Positions 58,306-64,000 of a DNA stretch of 64,000 nt are shown piece after piece. A program made the position numbers and the translations under genes. How positions within the stretch are numbered: position 1 is the first letter of the stretch; the number at the start of each line of letters is the position of its first letter. Location: contig OY969807.1 in NCBI GenBank assembly GCA_963703285.1, positions 1,504,001 to 1,568,000 on the forward strand, in the 5' to 3' direction. The notes beneath the pieces were generated by a model that saw only the letters and a program-made list of their open reading frames with translations, searched no databases and was not told the origin of the DNA. The stretch is from an uncultured Nitrososphaerota archaeon (GTDB lineage Archaea > Thermoproteota > Nitrososphaeria > Nitrososphaerales > Gagatemarchaeaceae).

Positions 58306-58324
58306 GGTTCATTGCGCCTCGCCG
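58295..58324 (+). repeat. Repeat R19 (3'-truncated)
   Basis: GCCGTGGGTAGGGTTCATTGCGCCTCGCCG. Confidence 0.9.
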
Positions 58325-58339
58325 CGAAAGGCGAGTGGC

Positions 58340-59077
58340 TCATCCGCTGGTCTCTTTCAGCGAATAGCCCCAAACGAAGGTCGTCGAGGGATTACCGTGC
58401 AAGACCTCGCTCGTTGGAAGCGATGCTAGGGGGATGCTGAGTTCGTTCGGGTACACGGCCAGATAGGGGCCCGGGTTGTTGGTCGCGGTGCTCACACCAG
58501 CCATGTTCCCGGTGCAGGTCAGCGAGACAGAGTAGTTGGCGGGCGCAGGGTTTGCGAAGAAGATGGTGACGTTTCCTTGCAGAGCGGTCGTGACGTCGGG
58601 GATGGTGAAGGTATAGGGGAACGTCTGGGAGCCGGTGCAGAAGCCCGTAGTCGTGATGGTGTAGGTACCGTGCCCGGTCCCGCTCCCGGAAAAGTTGTCG
58701 GCGGCGATGAAGAAGGTGAACGAGCCGCTGGCCGTCTGGACCGAATTGTAGTACTGCGCCGAACCGTTGGGAAGGGACCTGACGCCGGAGGGCCCTACAG
58801 GAATGCTGTAGTTGAACGTCCCGCTGTAGTAGGTCAGCCCGGTCTCGGTGGTAGTCGAACTTCCGGTCTTCGATACGACGGTGGATGTGCTCTTCGTTGT
58901 GGAAATCGACGAGCCGGTGCTGGAGGCGATGGACGTCGTCGATGCGACCTTGGAGGATGACAGGGCGTAGTATGCCCCCACCGACGCAATGACGATGACA
59001 ATCACGATGATGATGACGATCAACGCGACGCCGATCCCGGTCCTCCTCTGCTTCGCCAGTCGCGCACGAAGGTTCAA
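58340..59077 (-). CDS. Secreted Ser/Thr-rich surface protein with class III-like signal peptide
   Basis: KQRRTG-IGVALIVIIIVIVIVI, S/T linker, many NxS/T sequons. Confidence 0.75.
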   Translation of the reverse strand: MNLRARLAKQRRTGIGVALIVIIIVIVIVIASVGAYYALSSSKVASTTSIASSTGSSISTTKSTSTVVSKTGSSTTTETGLTYYSGTFNYSIPVGPSGVRSLPNGSAQYYNSVQTASGSFTFFIAADNFSGSGTGHGTYTITTTGFCTGSQTFPYTFTIPDVTTALQGNVTIFFANPAPANYSVSLTCTGNMAGVSTATNNPGPYLAVYPNELSIPLASLPTSEVLHGNPSTTFVWGYSLKETSG

Positions 59078-59226
59078 GGAATCCTACCCTGTGACCCGTT
59101 ATGCCCTAAGAAGTTTGCGACAGCAGCTTCCATTCTCCCAAGGATGGCCTTTCATGGATTAGAGGATTGCGCCTTCGCGTGTCATTGAGCCGCAGAATAG
59201 GATTCGACTTCTGGCCTAGATGTGTC

Positions 59227-59252
59227 GTATAGGGTTCATTGCGCCTCCGCCG
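59227..59252 (+). repeat. Repeat R20 (3'-truncated)
   Basis: GTATAGGGTTCATTGCGCCTCCGCCG. Confidence 0.92.
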
Positions 59253-59260
59253 AGACGCAC

Positions 59261-59704
59261 TCATCGCTTCTGATTCCGGCTCTCCAGTAGCTGCTTAAGA
59301 CCCGCCAGCATCATCTCCCAATTCTTCTGAGAGTAATCGCGGGCTTGTTCGGTGTCATTGTTGTCCTGGGTCAGCGAAACGGACGTGCCTTCGCCATTGC
59401 GCGACAGCTCAATGGTCACGGTATGGTAGTTCTCGGGGATGTCAGGCAGACCGGACAGAGGACTGAAGTGGGTGTAGCGAACTATGCGCTCTGGTTTCAG
59501 CTCGAGAATGGTCCCTCTGTCCTCGTATGACTTCCCCTTCCAGACGCCCTTCCAGGCGATTGGGCCGCCTTCCTTCCATTCTGAAACCACCTCGGTGCCG
59601 AACATGTACTCCTTGATCACTTGCGGGTTGACGAGGGCGTCCCATACGGCCGCGACGGGAGCATTAATCTTCGTGCGCGCCTTCGCTACGAGTCCTTTGG
59701 CCAT
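59261..59704 (-). CDS. SRPBCC/AHSA1-like domain protein
   Basis: INAPVAAVWDALVNP, NWEMMLAGLKQLLE. Confidence 0.9.
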   Translation of the reverse strand: MAKGLVAKARTKINAPVAAVWDALVNPQVIKEYMFGTEVVSEWKEGGPIAWKGVWKGKSYEDRGTILELKPERIVRYTHFSPLSGLPDIPENYHTVTIELSRNGEGTSVSLTQDNNDTEQARDYSQKNWEMMLAGLKQLLESRNQKR

Positions 59705-59740
59705 CGGGCCATTCTTTGGATGGTGCGTCATAAGACCTTC

Positions 59741-59798
59741 GCCATGCATAAGGGTTCATTGCGCCTCCGCCGGGGCATTTCATCCACACGTTGGGCTA
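59741..59798 (+). repeat. Repeat R21 (full length, perfect core)
   Basis: GCCATGCATAAGGGTTCATTGCGCCTCCGCCGGGGCATTTCATCCACACGTTGGGCTA. Confidence 0.97.
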
Positions 59799-60020
59799 TA
59801 GTAAGTCGGTGAACTCGTCCACAGTTAAACCGGCATCGGCTATGATGGCCCTAAGAGTGCCCTTCGCTAGCTCCTTGTGGTTGGGGACGGAGATTCGGCG
59901 GTGCGGCGGCTCCACTTGTCTTAGGATCATGTGGCTCCCCGTCTGATGGTCCACAGCGTATCCAGCTTTCGAGAGAGCCTTGACCACTTCCCTGCCCGAG
60001 ATGACGGGAAGCTTAGGCAC
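59796..60020 (-). CDS. hicA: HicA toxin
   Basis: LPVISGREVVKAL..GY...QTGSH, VPNHKELAKGTL.AII; the stop overlaps the end of R21. Confidence 0.93.
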   Translation of the reverse strand: MPKLPVISGREVVKALSKAGYAVDHQTGSHMILRQVEPPHRRISVPNHKELAKGTLRAIIADAGLTVDEFTDLL

Positions 60021-60225
60021 TGACCTCGACCACTTCCTCGTCTATCGAGGGTGGTATCGGCTCATGGTGCTTCTTGAGGCTGGCGAGGTAACCGTCGATG
60101 GCATCCTTGATGTTGGCCAGCGCTTCCTTCCGGGTTCTTCCTTCAGAGATGCAACCCGGCAGCGAGGGTACCTTGGCCACGAAAGCGCCGTCCTCGTCCT
60201 GCTCGATGGTTACCCTGTACTTCAC
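60013..60225 (-). CDS. hicB: HicB antitoxin
   Basis: YRVTIEQDEDG.FVA.VPSLPGCISEG.T..EAL.NIKDAI. Confidence 0.93.
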   Translation of the reverse strand: MKYRVTIEQDEDGAFVAKVPSLPGCISEGRTRKEALANIKDAIDGYLASLKKHHEPIPPSIDEEVVEVSA

Positions 60226-60278
60226 GTTCCGAAAAGCAGGATTGCTCAGTTAAAATCCTTTGGCCAGTTGATGCTTGA

Positions 60279-60309
60279 GCCATGTATAGGGTTCATTGCG
60301 CCTCCCGGG
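60279..60309 (+). repeat. Repeat R22 (3'-truncated)
   Basis: GCCATGTATAGGGTTCATTGCGCCTCCCGGG. Confidence 0.92.
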
Positions 60310-60387
60310 ATTAGATATTCTACGTCGAGCTGTCAGGTGCCCTTATTAGTATGTGAATCCACATATCACAAATAGCGAGGAATCGAC

Positions 60388-60630
60388 TTGGCGAACGTTA
60401 CCCTGTCTGTACCGGAAGAGCTCCGAAAGATAATGAAGAACCACCCTGAGATAAAGTGGAGCGAGGTAGCGAGGCAGGCGATGTGGGCGTACGCGAAGAA
60501 GCTTGAGATTATGGACGAAGCTACCAAGCGGAGCAGGCTGACCGAAGACGATGTCCTCGAACTAGACAAGGTAATCAAGGCGAGCCTCTCCGCGAAATAC
60601 GCTAAGAAAGCGGAAAGAAACACAGCTTGA
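60388..60630 (+). CDS. vapB: Ribbon-helix-helix antitoxin
   Basis: [29 protein letters not shown]; upstream ATGTG-N4-CACAT. Confidence 0.88.
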   Translation: MANVTLSVPEELRKIMKNHPEIKWSEVARQAMWAYAKKLEIMDEATKRSRLTEDDVLELDKVIKASLSAKYAKKAERNTA

Positions 60631-61037
60631 AGTTCGTCCTCGACACGAACGTGATTCTAAAGGCGCTGATCAAGAACTCGTCAGTTCGGGCGATTATAAT
60701 CGGGTCCAAACACGAGTTCTCGATTCCCAAGGAAGCGATTGAGGAGATTCGAAGACATTCGTCTCTTGTGAAGGAGAAATCCGGTCTTTCCGAGACGGAA
60801 ATCAAATCGGTTCTTGATACGTTGCTCACGGGCGTTCAGCTGATTCAAACAGAGAAAGACGCAGCCGAGAGGAAAGAGGCAGAAAATGTTATGTCATCCA
60901 TTGACAAGGATGACGCACCGTTCCTTGCGGCCGCTATGAGCATTGTTTGTGATGGAATCTGGAGTGATGATAAGCATCTAAAGCGGCAGACAAGAGTAAG
61001 GGTCTGGACGACCAAAGAGATTCTGGCGCTGAACTGA
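60627..61037 (+). CDS. vapC: PIN-domain toxin
   Basis: [25 protein letters not shown]. Confidence 0.92.
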   Translation: MKFVLDTNVILKALIKNSSVRAIIIGSKHEFSIPKEAIEEIRRHSSLVKEKSGLSETEIKSVLDTLLTGVQLIQTEKDAAERKEAENVMSSIDKDDAPFLAAAMSIVCDGIWSDDKHLKRQTRVRVWTTKEILALN

Positions 61038-61061
61038 CTGGTAGTGCTTAGCTCGACCCGC

Positions 61062-61108
61062 GGGTTCATTGCGCCTCCGCCGGGGCATTTCATCCACACG
61101 CTGGCCTA
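61062..61108 (+). repeat. Repeat R23 (perfect core)
   Basis: GGGTTCATTGCGCCTCCGCCGGGGCATTTCATCCACACGCTGGCCTA. Confidence 0.96.
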
Positions 61109-61155
61109 AGGCTAGCCCACGCGATGATTTGCCGAGTTCGACTCCGGCCGAGAAG

Positions 61156-61488
61156 TCATGCCCACTTCGAACCGAATTGGATGAACGCCATGAGGATAGG
61201 AATCGCATCCCACCCTTTTGCGGTCAGGTCCCATCGGACGAGGTTGGCTCTCTTCACTACGAGATGTATGAAACCCTCCCTTTCGAGCTCCTTGAGCCTC
61301 TTGGAAAGCATCCTTGGAGTTATCCCGGGCGTTGAAGCCAAGATTTCGTTGAACCTGTGATGTCCTTGCATTCCGATGGCTCGTATGATGAGGAGCGACC
61401 ACTTCTTGGAGACCGCTCCCTGGGTGGCCTGAACGGTCCAGTTGGCGAGTTCCAACTTGATCTTTATCGGAGCATCTGCAGGAGCCAA
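61156..61488 (-). CDS. HxlR-family winged-helix regulator
   Basis: KKWSLLII, RFNEI...PGITPRMLSKRLKELEREG, LTAKG. Confidence 0.88.
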   Translation of the reverse strand: MAPADAPIKIKLELANWTVQATQGAVSKKWSLLIIRAIGMQGHHRFNEILASTPGITPRMLSKRLKELEREGFIHLVVKRANLVRWDLTAKGWDAIPILMAFIQFGSKWA

Positions 61489-61546
61489 AGCAGCTATACT
61501 TTTGGGCCAGCGCTTCTTATTAGGATATCCAATGTATAGTTAAGCC

Positions 61547-61936
61547 GTGAACGGGACAGTCACGCACTTTGAGATTCCGGCTGACGATGTGCAGCGCGCA
61601 CGTGCCTTTTACTCAGGGCTCTTCGACTGGGAACTGAGTCCCTTCTACGGGTCGGATTATCTTTACATCACTCCGAAGAATACGGCCGGGAGAGTCCCTC
61701 CAGACACCCTTGTCACCGGCGGGCTTGACAAACGGAGCGAGGAGTTGGAGCACGTCACGGTCGTCTTCGAAGTGGAAAGCGTGGAAAGGTCGTTGAGTGT
61801 TGTCGAGAAGCTCGGCGGCGAAGTCTTCAGGAAGAAGCGGCCGGTCGGTGACTTCGGCTTCAGCGCCTATTTCAGGGACACCGAAGGTAACGTGCTCGGG
61901 CTGTTCGAACAGGTCAAGCCCTCCGCAAGACGATGA
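61547..61936 (+). CDS. VOC/glyoxalase family protein
   Basis: VTHFEIPADDVQRARAFY..LF.W, AYFRDTEGNVLGL. Confidence 0.92.
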   Translation: MNGTVTHFEIPADDVQRARAFYSGLFDWELSPFYGSDYLYITPKNTAGRVPPDTLVTGGLDKRSEELEHVTVVFEVESVERSLSVVEKLGGEVFRKKRPVGDFGFSAYFRDTEGNVLGLFEQVKPSARR

Positions 61937-61957
61937 GAGGGGCAGTGGGCGTACGAG

Positions 61958-62013
61958 GTGTGCATGAGATTCGTTGCATCGCCACCAGGGCATTTCATCC
62001 ACATAATGGGCTA
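61958..62013 (+). repeat. Repeat R24 (full length, diverged)
   Basis: GTGTGCATGAGATTCGTTGCATCGCCACCAGGGCATTTCATCCACATAATGGGCTA. Confidence 0.8.
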
Positions 62014-62060
62014 TGGTTCGCCGGTACGATGAATTGCAGAGTTGGGCTCTTGAGAAGAAC

Positions 62061-62450
62061 TTATCTCCGTCTTCTTCCCTTTGTCATCCTCGAGCCCATC
62101 TCAATCCAGTTCCCGTCGGGGTCTTGGACATATGCGAGCCTCCACCTTCCCTCGTCGAATGGCGCGATCTCGCCCCTTTTCGTGCGCGACAATCTGGCGT
62201 AGGCTTCGTCAGCGTCATCGACCTGGTATGCTAGGTGGTCGAGCCCAGAGGAACCTCCGTACTTGTATCCTTCCGGGTACCAGTTCAGCTCGAGGACTTG
62301 GGACGAGCCTTCCGACTTGAGCCAAGCAACCTTGCCACCTGTCTCCTTGATCTCCGCGCTGAAGAGAAGCTTCATCTTGAGCTCCTTAGTGTAGAATCTA
62401 ATCGAACGGTCCAAGTCGGAGACGTGGATGCCAGTGTAGATGAACTTCAT
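62061..62450 (-). CDS. VOC/lactoylglutathione lyase-like protein
   Basis: YTGIHVSDLDRSIRFY, LELNWY, LDHLAY, QDPDGNWIE. Confidence 0.92.
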   Translation of the reverse strand: MKFIYTGIHVSDLDRSIRFYTKELKMKLLFSAEIKETGGKVAWLKSEGSSQVLELNWYPEGYKYGGSSGLDHLAYQVDDADEAYARLSRTKRGEIAPFDEGRWRLAYVQDPDGNWIEMGSRMTKGRRRR

Positions 62451-62489
62451 ATCATTCCTTTGGCGCACTCGGCTCACCTAGAATCCGCG

Positions 62490-62777
62490 TCATGTCCAGA
62501 GGATGGGTGTCCCTCGGTAAGCTTCGACGGAGTATTCTAGCGGCTCGAAATCGACGCCCTCGAGCGCTTTGGACATCTCAGGCCGCGCCGCCTCAAAATC
62601 GCTCTTGGTGTCCCAGAGTGCGGTTCCAATCAGAGCGCCAGTCTTGTCGTCCTTCCATGCGAAGACGGTAATCAATCCTTTGTGTCCTCGCTGAGCGTTC
62701 CCGAATTTCATCATTGTTTCCAGTATGGCCTGCTCTTTGCCCGGCTTTGGGTGATGGATGCCGACGCTTACATACAT
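62490..62777 (-). CDS. Antibiotic biosynthesis monooxygenase (ABM)-like protein
   Basis: PKPGKE, GLI, ALWDTKSDFEAA dimeric alpha-beta barrel pattern; TTAAAT box ~25 nt upstream. Confidence 0.75.
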   Translation of the reverse strand: MYVSVGIHHPKPGKEQAILETMMKFGNAQRGHKGLITVFAWKDDKTGALIGTALWDTKSDFEAARPEMSKALEGVDFEPLEYSVEAYRGTPILWT

Positions 62778-62813
62778 GTTGAGAGATCGGTATGGCGCGT
62801 ATTTAAGAATCGG

Positions 62814-62862
62814 AGGGGTTCATTGCGCCTCCGCCGGGGCATTTCATCCACACGCTGGGCTA
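62814..62862 (+). repeat. Repeat R25 (perfect core)
   Basis: AGGGGTTCATTGCGCCTCCGCCGGGGCATTTCATCCACACGCTGGGCTA. Confidence 0.96.
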
Positions 62863-62907
62863 TAGGTGCGGGCCCTGAATCAGGGCAAACGTGTTGGCAC
62901 AAGTTCC

Positions 62908-63354
62908 CTATACTCTTCCAGCAAGATCCTTGATTCCCACGATGATGTCAGAGTCGTACCCGTTTTCTTGCAGAAAGGCCTTCAGTTCCTTGTCAAGAGA
63001 CAAAAAGAGCATTCCAGAGTCGAGGGCCGTAGCATAGAGTATGTTGTCGATGTTGTCCTTGTGCCCTTTGCTGCGCAGTTCAAGAGCGATGCGAATCGCG
63101 CCAGAAGACGGACTAATCCATCTGTAGGTCCCTGACTCGAATAGACTCTTGATACCCATCCCGACGGCCAACTTGTCCACGTTCTTGGACTTGCCGAGAA
63201 GCCCCAGTATTTCGACGAAGCTTATCTGCGAGCAGCACAATCCCGTTCGCTTCCTGACGCTACCCATCGCTTCAAGGTCTTTAGGACTAATCTCCTCGAC
63301 GTCGACGCCGAGTGTGGGAAGGATAAACGAAGTGTCCAATAAGATGTCAGGCAT
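62908..63354 (-). CDS. vapC: PIN-domain toxin
   Basis: ILLDTSFILP, SFVE, GHKDNIDNILYATA, LSLDKEL. Confidence 0.9.
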   Translation of the reverse strand: MPDILLDTSFILPTLGVDVEEISPKDLEAMGSVRKRTGLCCSQISFVEILGLLGKSKNVDKLAVGMGIKSLFESGTYRWISPSSGAIRIALELRSKGHKDNIDNILYATALDSGMLFLSLDKELKAFLQENGYDSDIIVGIKDLAGRV

Positions 63355-63583
63355 ACAGTTCAGACTGCTCCTTCTCCGATTCCAACTCGACCTCTTTTGC
63401 GGTAGTCTTCATCCATTTTTTTGAACGTATGGCGATGTCAATAGGGTCGGGTATTGGCTCGACAACCAACTTGCCGTTCACTATCTGGTATCTTACTCTC
63501 TGTCCTTCCTTGAGTCCGAGTTTCCTTACGATGTCCTTCGGCGGATAGAGAGCAAATTTCTTGGCTACCTTTCCGTCGCTCAT
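63347..63583 (-). CDS. vapB: AbrB/MazE-type antitoxin
   Basis: KVAKKFALYPPKDIVRKLGLKEGQRV...GKLVVEP. Confidence 0.88.
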   Translation of the reverse strand: MSDGKVAKKFALYPPKDIVRKLGLKEGQRVRYQIVNGKLVVEPIPDPIDIAIRSKKWMKTTAKEVELESEKEQSELYA

Positions 63584-63642
63584 GATTACCGGGCGATAGT
63601 CACTATCCCGGTACATAAGTCTTACCTGGCTATTTTGATGTA

Positions 63643-63696
63643 CCATGTGTAGGGTTCGTTGCGCCTCCGCCGGGGCATTTCATCCACACGTTGGGC
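63643..63696 (+). repeat. Repeat R26 (full length)
   Basis: CCATGTGTAGGGTTCGTTGCGCCTCCGCCGGGGCATTTCATCCACACGTTGGGC. Confidence 0.97.
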
Positions 63697-63742
63697 AGCA
63701 GGTGCCGCAAGGAAAATCGCGATAGCGGTTGTTCACACAGCG

Positions 63743-64000
63743 CTAGTATATCGGATGAGGACCGCACCGTAGAAAGGTGATGAGCCGTTCCCTTGATTCG
63801 ATAGAATAGAGAACTCGAATGTCACGACCGATGTCATACCCGTAGGCACCCTGCCACTTTCCAAGTTTCGGTCTGCCGAGCCTTCTAGGGTCGTCGGAGT
63901 TCAAAATGTCCCTGATTGCTTCATCGACCCTTCGTTGGTTCAAGTGGCTGAGATTCTTGTAGTCTCTTCTGAAGGTCGGGGTGTATGCAGGAGACCAGGG
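63743..64000 (-). CDS. RelE/ParE-family toxin (5' end beyond the window)
   Basis: The frame is open to the window edge: WSPAYTPTFRRDYKNL...DPRRLG...IRVLYSI...FLRCGPH..Y. Confidence 0.8.
   Translation of the reverse strand, partial: PWSPAYTPTFRRDYKNLSHLNQRRVDEAIRDILNSDDPRRLGRPKLGKWQGAYGYDIGRDIRVLYSIESRERLITFLRCGPHPIY

Larger units (their letters stand above)
25671..64000 (+). mobile_element. Putative integron-like gene-cassette array delimited by co-oriented ~57-bp repeats
   Basis: About 26 co-oriented intergenic repeats separate 1-3 gene modules rich in TA systems; no recombinase in the window. Confidence 0.65.

Noticed and set aside
59741-59798. Repeat as a tRNA 3' fragment (GGGTTC...CCGCCGGGGCA)
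   Set aside because: No TTCRAATC loop, no T-stem complementarity and no CCA; no cloverleaf nearby.
33056-62002. Recurring short ORF peptides GFIAPPPGHFIH / MDEMPRRRRNEP / MRLRRGISSTRW
   Set aside because: They are translations of the DNA repeat in different frames; indels between copies do not preserve frame.
25671-63696. CRISPR array interpretation of the repeats
   Set aside because: Spacers are 0.4-15 kb and contain whole genes; repeat length and variability do not fit; no cas1 or cas2.
25671-63696. Ordinary MITE/REP or terminator
   Set aside because: All copies share one orientation regardless of neighbouring gene direction, no target duplications are evident, there is no U-tract, and none were found in the first 25 kb. 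Not fully excluded without the rest of the genome.
1-64000. Integrase, transposase, reverse transcriptase, rRNA or tRNA genes
   Set aside because: I recognised no R-H-R-Y, DDE, HUH or YADD motifs and no RNA gene signatures by eye.

Overview
This is an archaeal-type, GC-rich window. Evidence: TATA-like boxes ~25-30 nt upstream of many starts, class III-like signal peptides, many VapBC/AbrB pairs and F420-dependent enzyme families. A non-ammonia-oxidising Nitrososphaerota-like origin is my inference only. 1-25 kb is ordinary or accessory metabolism: NUDIX, nucleoside deoxyribosyltransferase, kinase, a Dpp/Opp ABC operon with PLD nuclease, methyltransferase and HD dNTPase, an ABC-2 exporter, LLM, MBL, VapBC, Ddn, AKR, SDR, ROK, Udp and MsrB. 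The main feature starts at ~25.7 kb and runs to the window end. About 26 copies (one weak) of a ~57-bp imperfect-palindromic repeat occur there, consensus GCCAYGTRTAGGGTTCATTGCGCCTCCGCCGGGGCATTTCATCCACACGTTGGGCTA. All copies lie on the same strand and between genes. They cut the DNA into 0.4-2 kb modules of one to three genes in either orientation: five VapBC-type pairs, HicAB, RelE, methyltransferases, VOC, SRPBCC, amidohydrolase, membrane proteins and others. Copies tend to be degenerate on the left and near-identical on the right, and 11 are truncated near the same CCGCCG point. This looks like an integron-like gene-cassette array with a non-canonical recombination site. No recombinase is visible in the window. 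A repeat-free 15-kb block (Cas4-like nuclease plus a catabolic cluster) interrupts the array. Also seen: a candidate structured ncRNA behind a DIP1984-like gene, several small proteins missed by the ORF track, gene relics, and about five single-base frameshifts that may be sequencing errors. No rRNA, tRNA, CRISPR array or transposase was recognised.
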